A stretch of DNA of 64,000 bases from Alphaproteobacteria bacterium (GTDB taxonomy: Bacteria; Pseudomonadota; Alphaproteobacteria; SP197): NCBI GenBank assembly GCA_964291415.2, contig OZ219918.1, forward strand, positions 224,001 through 288,000, in the 5' to 3' direction. The notes beneath the pieces were generated by a model. It was given only the letters and a program-made list of their open reading frames with translations. It was not told the DNA's origin and ran no database searches. Positions within the stretch are counted from its first letter, which is position 1, and the number at the start of each line of letters is the position of its first letter. Below, in pieces: positions 56,888-64,000 of this stretch. Position numbers and translations under genes: made by a program.

Positions 56888-58508
56888 TCATCCCGGAGAC
56901 GTTTCATGAGCGGTTCGCTGGTTGGAACTGCCGGCCTTGATCAGGTCGGCAGCCTTCTCGCCGACCATGATCGAGGGCGCGTTGAGATTGCCGCTGGTGA
57001 TGGATGGAAAGATCGAACTGTCGACAACCCTCAGGCCGGAAAGACCGCGGACCCGGCATTCGGGATCGACCACGGCAAGGTCATCCGTTCCCATCCTGCA
57101 GGTGGAGCAGGGGTGGTAGCCGGTTTCGGCCTTGTGCCGGATCACCTCGTCGATGTCGGCATCGCTCCGGGCGCTTGCCCAGGTGTCCTCTTCGCGTGTC
57201 CGATAGGGATCAAGGGCCGCCTGCATGGCAATGTCGCGCGCCTGGCGGACACAGATCCTGAGGTCTTCGAGGTCCGAGGGTTCACTCAGGAAACGGAAAT
57301 CGACGGCGGGCCGGATGGCGGGGTCGGCGGACCGGAGTCTCACTTCGCCGCGACTGCGCTCCCGCAGGGTCCCGACACACATGGTGAAACCGCCGGTATC
57401 GGACGGGATGTCGTGGTCGCGGAGAAAGAACGGAAAGAAGTGATACTGGATGTCCGGGTGCGCCACGCTTTCGCGGGTCTTCGTGAAGGCGCCGGTGAAG
57501 ACGCCGTTGGTGGCGCAGATTCCGCTGCGGTTCAGGAACCAGCGGGCACCGGCCAGAGCCTTGGACAGCGGACCCGCATACCGGTTGAGCGAATGGCGAA
57601 CGGGACCCGCGAACGGGATGTGAAGCTCGACGTGTTCCTGGAGGTTCTGTCCGACGCCGGGCAGGTCGTGACGCACCGCGATTCCGACGTCCGAGAGGTG
57701 GGAAGCCGGACCGATGCCCGACAGCATCAGGATGTGCGGCGACCCGAAGGGGCCGGCCGACAGGATGATATCCCGGGAGCAGTGGACGACTTCGACGTCA
57801 CGGCCCCGTCTGATCCTGACGCCGATGGCGCGGTCCTCGTCGATCTCGATTCCGACAACTTCGGCATGGGTGCGGATATCGAGGTTGGGACGATGGCGCG
57901 CGGGTTCGAGATAGGCACTGGCGGTGCTGACGCGCCTGCCGTCGGCGATCGAGGCATCGAACCAGCCCATGCCTTCCTGATTCTCGCCGTTGAAATCGTC
58001 GCTGAGGCGAAACCCCGCCTCGAGTCCGGCCTCGACGAAGGCATCGCTCATCGGCAGGTGAAACGACAGGGGCCCCGTGCGCACCGGTCCGCTTCCGCCG
58101 CGAAAGGCCGTTTCGCCGCCGGCGTGTGTTTCGAGCCGCTTGAAGAAGGGCAGCACGTCGCGGAACGACCAGCCCGTGGCGCCTTCGTCCTGCCAGCGGT
58201 CGAAGTCCATCGGGTGCCCCCTCAGGAACGCCATGCCGTTGATGGCGGACGAGCCACCAAGACCCTTGCCGCGGGGCTGGAAGATCCGCCGCCCCGCCAT
58301 GTTGTCCTGGGGCTCCGACCACCAGGCCCAGTTGTAGGATCCGCTCGGTCCAGTTCAGATAGTAGCCAAGCGGCATGTCGATCGACCAGTGCCGCGCCCT
58401 GCCGCCGGCCTCGAGGAGCAGCACCCGTATCTCCGGATCCTCGCTCAGACGCGCCGCCAGCGCGCAGCCCGACGATCCGGCTCCGACGATGATGTAGTCC
58501 GGCGTCAC
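56888..58508 (-). CDS. GMC oxidoreductase, choline dehydrogenase-like, single frameshift near 58346
   Basis: [17 protein letters not shown] in one frame; [25 protein letters not shown] and SGNLNAP in the other. Confidence 0.88.
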
Positions 58509-58823
58509 GGGCCTTGCCAGGCAGGACGCCGTGAAGGCATTTGCCCCTCGCACAAGGCTTGATTCCGGGAGCGCCCAGTCCCACTGGCCATTCTGCCATG
58601 TCCTCAAAGAAGAACGTGATCCTTGTGTACCGGGTTTCAGCCATGGATCGCAATTCGCCGGCCGCTCGCCACCAGCCCGGTCCGGGCGGCCCGGCAGACT
58701 TCAAGCCCGTGCAGCGCGACGGTGTCGTGTCGGCGGGGCCTGCGGGACCTGTTGCCGAGGGACGGTCCGACAAGCATCATGCCAGGGGTCCGCGTCAGCG
58801 GACGGCATGTGGGAGACAAGCAG

Positions 58824-60029
58824 ATGGTTCACCTCAATCGCATGAAGTCGTGGCCCTGGGCCTACGATGACGTCATCGATCTGCCCCTGACGCTCTACGA
58901 GACGGAACCCTGGACGCCGGCCAGACCCCTCGCCGAGTCCCGAATCGCCCTGGTGTCGACGGCCGCCGTTCATCGCCGCGACGACAAGCGTTTCAGTCTG
59001 TCGGCCCGGGATTTCCGCCGTCTTGGAACGCATGACCGGGATCTCATCCAGAGCCATCACTCGGGCGACCATGACCGCACCGGCTTTCAGCAGGACCTCA
59101 ACCTGATCCTGCCGTTTGATCGCCTTGGCGAACTGGTCGAGGCCGGCGAACTCGGATCCATCGGGCCGACACACTATTCGTTCCTCGGCGGATCGCCGCC
59201 CGACCAGATGGAACGCGCCGCCCGTAAGGCGGCCGGTGAGATGAAGGCCGAGGGCGTCGACACGGTGCTGCTCTGTCCCGTTTGACCGTTCTGCACGCGC
59301 GCCGTGAGCGGGCTTGCCCATTACCTCGAGGAAGACGGACTGACGACGGTGACGCTGGCCTTTGTGCGCCCTCATGTCGAAGCCATGCGCCCGCCGCGGG
59401 CGCTGTGGGTGCCGTTCGAGCTCGGCAAGCCCTTCGGCGAGCCCATGGATGCGCCGTTCCAGATGCACGTTCTGCGCGCCGCGCTCGAGCTCCTCAAGGA
59501 ACCCAGCGGACCGGTCCTGGTCGACTACCCCGGACCGGTTTCCGACTACGACGGGAAGCTTGGCTGGTCGTGCCGTTCCCCGAAGCTGCAATCCGATGCC
59601 GAACGAACTGACCCTGCCACTTTGCTGGCCCGCATCGGTCAGGAAGACCGTACCATCCGGTCTCTCTACACCAGGGCCGTGGCCAGCCGCGGGCGCTCGA
59701 GTGTCGGTGCCAGCGGTGTGCCGCTTGACGATCTCGCTGGCTTCCTGACGGGTTTCCTCGCCAAGGACCCACCGGCCAATCCGGTCAGGAGCCTCTCCCT
59801 TCCGCAGACGTTCCGTTTTGCCCTTGACGATCTGATGGCCTACTACACCGAGGCCAAGAGCTTCGAGGGGGAACTCACCACGAGCACCGACCTGGGCCGA
59901 TGGTTCTGGGACGAGACGGCGGCGGGGCGCCTCCTGATCGAGCTCGAGTACGCATGCCGCAGCAGTTCGAACAGGACATTGCGCTGGATGTCCGAGATCG
60001 GGATTCTCGTTCCGTTCTATCCGGAATAG
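58824..60029 (+). CDS. Glycine/sarcosine/betaine/D-proline reductase selenoprotein B family protein with in-frame UGA (Sec154)
   Basis: RIALVSTAA, D.N..P.DRL.EL, VDTVLLCPV-TGA-PFCTRAVSGLAHYLEEDG, RPPRALWVPF..G.PFG; both halves in one frame; GGGAGA RBS. Confidence 0.85.
59286..59324 (+). promoter_or_regulatory. Candidate bacterial SECIS element
   Basis: Two alternative hairpins 3' of the UGA: CCGTT-CTG-CACG-CGCGC-CGTG-AGCGG and GTGA-GC-GGG-CTTG-CCC-A-TTAC. Confidence 0.5.
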
Positions 60030-60151
60030 CACCGGCACAGCGGCGATGCAGTCGTCCTGCCGTGCGGAGCAGCCCTGGCCGCCGGGTCCGAGGGCGGCAA
60101 ATCAAGTGTGGGACGACAGCGCATTCACGCTCCCGTCCCACACGGGACGAA

Positions 60152-61188
60152 CTACTTCATGACGTTCGTCCACACCTGGTCGTAGAGCCTCACGACATCG
60201 TCTTCGCAGGCAGGCACGAACTCGGGATCCGGCGTTCCTTCCGGAGCGTTGAGTTCCGGCGCCGTGGCGAGTTCGGGATCGAAGTATTGCGCCGCGCCCA
60301 TGATGCCCCCGTTCACCCCGACATAGTTCGATTCAAGGGCGATGTTCTCCGGCACCATCATGAAGTCCATGAAGATCATGGCATTCTCGATGTTCTCGGC
60401 GCCCCTGGGCACGGCCAGGTTGTCCATCCACCCGGTATAGCCCTCCCGGGGATGCGCAAACGCCACTGACGGCTTTTCAGCGCGTGTGCGGATGGCGTAT
60501 CCGTCCCAGTTCATCGTCGCATCGACCTCACCCGAGACGATCAGTTCCTTCGGGTCCATGGAGTAGGAGCGCACCCATTCCTTTTGCCGCAGAAGCAGTT
60601 CCTGAACCTGGCGCATTTCGTCCGGATTTGAGTTGCAGCGCGGGAACCCGAGATAGCGCAAGGCCATGTTGATGACCTCCACGGAGTCCTGGAACATGTT
60701 GATGCGGCCCTTGAGCACGTCCGGTGGATCGAAGAGGACGGCCAGCGTGTGGATGTCGCCGTCAAAGACGTCCGTGTTCACGTTGAAGCTTGTGGTGCCC
60801 CACATCCAGGGAATGGAGTAGTGGCGGCCTGGATCCCAGTAGACATCGACCCAGCGTGGCTCGACGTTCTTGAAGTTGGGGAGTTCGTTGGGCTCGACAC
60901 GCAGAAGCAGATCCTCCTTGATCAGGATCTCGACGAGATAGTCGCCCGGCACGATGATGTCATAGCCGGTCGCTCCGGCCATCATCTTGGCGAGCAGGTC
61001 TTCGTTGCTTGCGAACGTATCGATGTTGACCGTGATCCCGGTCTCGGCTTCGAACTTCTCGATGAGCTCGGGACTGGTGTAGTCCGCCCATGTGTAGAAG
61101 TTGACCTCTCCCTCGGCGCTGGCCCGGGGACGCCGAGCGAGGCGACCAGCAAGATGGCCCCCGTCACGCCAAGCAATTGTCTCAACAT
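60152..61188 (-). CDS. Polyamine ABC transporter substrate-binding protein (PotD/PotF-like), frameshift near 61124
   Basis: GGAGG RBS and signal peptide in one frame, then VNFYTWADY..FEAETGI..SNE, GYDIIVP, PWMWGTT, W.DNLAVP; one extra G restores it. Confidence 0.88.
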
Positions 61189-61626
61189 GATTGACCTCCC
61201 TTTGAATACGATTTGGATACAGACTGTAACCTTAACCCGGTCCGGGAGAAAGGCCAGTCGGGACAGTTTGACCTTTCAACGCGCAAGGCCCCGGGAACGA
61301 TGGTTTCGGCCGGGCTGGCCCTTGCGCCGAAGTCCGAGCCGGACAAGCCCCCTCGAAAGGGTCAGGCCGCCTTCGTTCTGGATTCTTTCGAGGTCGAGGA
61401 CGAATGGTTCGCGCTCGAGTTGGTCGCCTTCCAGGTGTTGTCCGGCGAAGGACCGCCTTCCGCGATCGCCGCGGAAGCAATCGAGACGATCAGGCGCTTG
61501 CGACTCAATGATGAGGAATGCTGTGGTGCGTGCGCCGAATACGCCGAGGATTACTGGCGCGAGGAAATCACAATCGCCGATGTGCGAAAAAATGGGGGAT
61601 TGTATACGCAACTTGACAGAATCGAC

Positions 61627-61655
61627 TTGACATCCAATGGTGTTATCGATATGAA
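61627..61655 (+). promoter_or_regulatory. Candidate sigma70 promoter of tnpB
   Basis: TTGACA-N17-TATGAA in the left end; GGAG RBS before ATG 61697. Confidence 0.45.
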
Positions 61656-61696
61656 TTCGTGTGGTAAATCAGTGCTCGCAATACCGGAGTCCCCGC

Positions 61697-62896
61697 ATGT
61701 CGTCCTCTGTCACCTATCGACAGATCACCTTTCGCCTGCTGCCCGAGAAGCGCAGCACCTGGCGGCGGCTGGAGGCCATGCTCGACACGCAGCGCTGTCT
61801 CTACAACGCGGCGCTGGAAGAACGGATCGACTGCTACCGCAAGACCGGCAAGTCGCTCACCTACTTCGATCAGGCGAAGTCCCTGACCCTTTGCCGCAAG
61901 GCGCTGCCGGACATGGCAGCGGTGCCGGTGGCCATTCAGCGCGGGACGCTCAAGCGCCTCGATCATGCCTTCAAGGGCTTCTTCCAGCGGGTGAAGCAGG
62001 GTGGGGCCGGGTTCCCCCGGTTCCAGGGACGCCGGCACTTCAACAGCCTTTCCGTGGTCTCCGGCGTCAGGGTCGAGGGCAGTCGCCTGCGCATCCCCGG
62101 CCTGGGCTGGCTGACCATCCGCCGCCGGGGCGGCAATCCCTGGCCGCAGGGCACGCCGGTGAGTGCGGTCCTCAAGCGCGAGGAGGGACGCTGGAAGGCT
62201 GTGGTGTGCCATGCGGTGTCGCTGCCGGAAGGGGACGACAACGGCCATGCCGTCGGCGTGGACATGAATGCGGGCCAGGTGGCGACCTCGGACGGGGAGA
62301 TCCTGCGCCTGGAGAGGAGCCGTCGTCTCGAGGCCCGTGCCCGGCGCTACGCCAAGCAGCTGGCGCGGCAGCGCCGTGGCAGCAGGCGGCGGGAGAAGAC
62401 GCGGCGGCGTCTGGCGAAGACCACCCGGCACATGGCCATGAAGCGCCATGACTGGCAGCACCACGTCAGCCGCCGGTTGGCGGATGCGGCGGGAACGGTG
62501 GTGGTCGAGGATCTCAAGGTCCGCACCATGACCCGCAGCGCCAGGGGCACGAAGGAGGAGCCGGGACGTCACGTGCGCTCCAAGGCGGGTCTCAACCGTG
62601 TCATCCTGGAGACGGGCTGGTCGTCGTTCCGGAGAATGCTGGACTACAAGGTTCACCGCGTCATCGCGGTGAACCCGGCCTACAGCAGCCAGACCTGTGC
62701 AGCGTGCGGCGTCACGAGCGCCCAATCACGCAGGACGCGGGACCTGTTTCAATGCGTGGCGTGCGGCCATGCGGATCACGCCGACCTCAATGCAGCGGCG
62801 AACATTCTGGCCTCGGGGACTGAGGCATCTGCGCGGGGAGGTTGCCGGGTTGCCGGGCCTGTGAACCGCGAAATCGATCAGAGGATGGCAGCATGA
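61697..62896 (+). CDS. tnpB: RNA-guided endonuclease TnpB (399 aa)
   Basis: FRLLP..RCLYNAAL N-terminus, GFPRF, RuvC D (GVDMN), E (VEDL), D (HADLNAAANI), zinc finger CAAC..CVAC. Confidence 0.95.
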   Translation: MSSSVTYRQITFRLLPEKRSTWRRLEAMLDTQRCLYNAALEERIDCYRKTGKSLTYFDQAKSLTLCRKALPDMAAVPVAIQRGTLKRLDHAFKGFFQRVKQGGAGFPRFQGRRHFNSLSVVSGVRVEGSRLRIPGLGWLTIRRRGGNPWPQGTPVSAVLKREEGRWKAVVCHAVSLPEGDDNGHAVGVDMNAGQVATSDGEILRLERSRRLEARARRYAKQLARQRRGSRRREKTRRRLAKTTRHMAMKRHDWQHHVSRRLADAAGTVVVEDLKVRTMTRSARGTKEEPGRHVRSKAGLNRVILETGWSSFRRMLDYKVHRVIAVNPAYSSQTCAACGVTSAQSRRTRDLFQCVACGHADHADLNAAANILASGTEASARGGCRVAGPVNREIDQRMAA

Positions 62897-62943
62897 CGCT
62901 GTCAACTTCTCGATATAAGTCCCAAAAAATGCTCCTTCGTTGC
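62790..62943 (+). ncRNA. Putative omegaRNA (reRNA) scaffold overlapping the tnpB 3' end, plus flanking guide
   Basis: Only 27 nt between stop and right end; hairpin GCCTCGG-GGA-CTGAGGC (62810-62826) and CGCGG/CCGCG pairing (62832-62870); boundaries inferred from TnpB biology. Confidence 0.5.
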
Positions 62944-63149
62944 GAGGAAACCGGACGTTCCAGGACGGCCCTAAGCCTCTTGATCACTGGCGATTTCCCT
63001 AGGCGTTTTGTCACAAACGCGAAGTGAGGATAGAGAACAGATGTCCGCTTTCTTGAAACACTCTCGGAAGAAATAGCTGCCGTCCGCATCGAAAGCTTCG
63101 GTGAGCGATCCGGGTTGGAGGCCACAACTCAAGCCGCGTGTCAGCGGTG

Positions 63150-63989
63150 TCAGCGGAACATCAAGGAGCCGCTGCGTTGTTCGATGGCGTCGGAGACGAC
63201 GATGCCACCGCGAAAACGGTCATATGTAGTATCCAGATAGTGGTACTGGAGCGCTTTCAACTGGCCGCCATAGCGCTGCCGAAGGCCTCCTGCGGCGGGC
63301 TGTACGTGAACATTGCTCACGTGGCCTGTGCAGTAGGCGTGGCAGGCAACGGGATAGAGCAGCGCGGAGCACAGGATATCGCAGACTTGGAGGCCGGCGT
63401 GGTTGTCGCTGTGGCCGAAGGTTGGAAGTTCGACGGTCCGAGGGTACGCCCGGGCAGTTTGGCTGAACTTCTGGGTGAAGATCGAGTGGGACACCTTGAC
63501 GTTCTTGAACTTGTTGCGGCTGTCGGCGATGCATGCGCCGACCTCGTTCACGTGGGACAGATAGTGGTCGAAGTAGGTGCAGATGCCTTGGATCGAAGCC
63601 GTGTAAACGGACGTGGGAACGAAGGGCATTCCGATGCCCTTCACGCTGATGCGCGCGACCAACCGAACGTCGTGGCGCCACAGCATTCCGAAAATGCGGT
63701 CCAGGAATCCGACTGCGTGACGTCGCTGACGAGCGTTGCCGCGTAACGCGTTGTTCCGGATATCCGCCCCCTTGATCTCCGGCAGGATCCTGTCAAGGAA
63801 TCTGGCCGATGGGTACGGCAAGTTGGGGAAGTACCGATACTTCAGGTCGAGGAAATCAGCGGTAAAGGCGAGGAGGTTTGCGGCTTCCGCGAAGAGTCCA
63901 CCGACGACCAGGACGGGTTGGTCGTTAGGCTGCGGCGGGTCGGACAGCGGTCCGAGGTCTCCCGCTTCGTCGATAAAGCAGATTCTCAT
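63150..63989 (-). CDS. DUF3800 domain-containing protein
   Basis: FIDEAGD N-terminus, EIKG, and GLQVCDIL (QxxD) motif. Confidence 0.85.
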   Translation of the reverse strand: MRICFIDEAGDLGPLSDPPQPNDQPVLVVGGLFAEAANLLAFTADFLDLKYRYFPNLPYPSARFLDRILPEIKGADIRNNALRGNARQRRHAVGFLDRIFGMLWRHDVRLVARISVKGIGMPFVPTSVYTASIQGICTYFDHYLSHVNEVGACIADSRNKFKNVKVSHSIFTQKFSQTARAYPRTVELPTFGHSDNHAGLQVCDILCSALLYPVACHAYCTGHVSNVHVQPAAGGLRQRYGGQLKALQYHYLDTTYDRFRGGIVVSDAIEQRSGSLMFR

Positions 63990-64000
63990 TCGGTGCCAAA

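Larger units (their letters stand above)
61595..62923 (+). mobile_element. Non-autonomous TIR/TSD-bounded element (IS1595-like ends) carrying tnpB
   Basis: AAAAAATG duplicated at 61587-61594 and 62924-62931; ends GGGGATTGTATACGCAACTTGACAG and (reverse complement) GGGACTTATATCGAGAAGTTGACAG match 17/25 ungapped; no transposase inside. Confidence 0.85.
61300..63002 (+). pseudogene. Hypothetical acidic protein gene interrupted by the tnpB element (61300-61594 joined to 62932-63002)
   Basis: Removing the element and one TSD copy gives ...EEITIADVRKN-APSLRGNRTFQDGPKPLDHWRFP-TAG; GC-rich third positions. Confidence 0.5.

Noticed and set aside
59282-59611. 109-aa TTG-started ORF overlapping the UGA
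   Set aside because: Out-of-frame and motif-free; family similarity continues in the UGA read-through frame
61613-61632. TTGAC as an IS200/IS605-type TAM/left-end cleavage site
   Set aside because: The first TTGACAG is mirrored at the same offset in the right inverted repeat, and the TSD-defined boundary explains the junctions better
61213-62451. 412-aa ORF overlapping tnpB
   Set aside because: The interrupted host ORF runs by chance into an alternative frame of the element; not a transposase

Overview
GC-rich bacterial chromosomal segment, most likely an Alphaproteobacterium (cenR/L,D-transpeptidase pair, TAXI-TRAP system, sox-type operon). The backbone is mostly uptake and catabolism of amines, methylamines and aromatics. 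It has two peptide/nickel-type ABC systems, a sarcosine-oxidase-like soxBDAG operon with a GntR regulator, a TMADH/histamine-dehydrogenase-like flavoprotein, a Rieske dioxygenase pair, choline sulfatase- and choline dehydrogenase-like genes, and PhyH/2OG oxygenases. Three things stand out. (1) An intact tnpB (61697-62896) sits in a 1329-bp transposase-less element with imperfect terminal inverted repeats and an exact 8-bp target duplication (AAAAAATG). This is IS1595-like DDE end architecture rather than IS200/IS605 or IS607 ends, and removing the element restores an interrupted reading frame. (2) A hidden selenoprotein (58824-60029, in-frame TGA in a CxxUxxC motif, GrdB/PrdB family) is split in two by the ORF track. 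(3) An integrase-less 3.7-kb islet carries a mini GIY-YIG-like gene coupled to a SIR2-like gene. It is flanked by 28-bp direct repeats that duplicate a palindromic TGTGATCACA operator, which recurs at other promoters of the amine cluster. Four otherwise intact genes have single-base frameshifts, probably assembly errors. No rRNA, tRNA or CRISPR array was seen. All family calls come from motif recognition by eye; no database searches were run.
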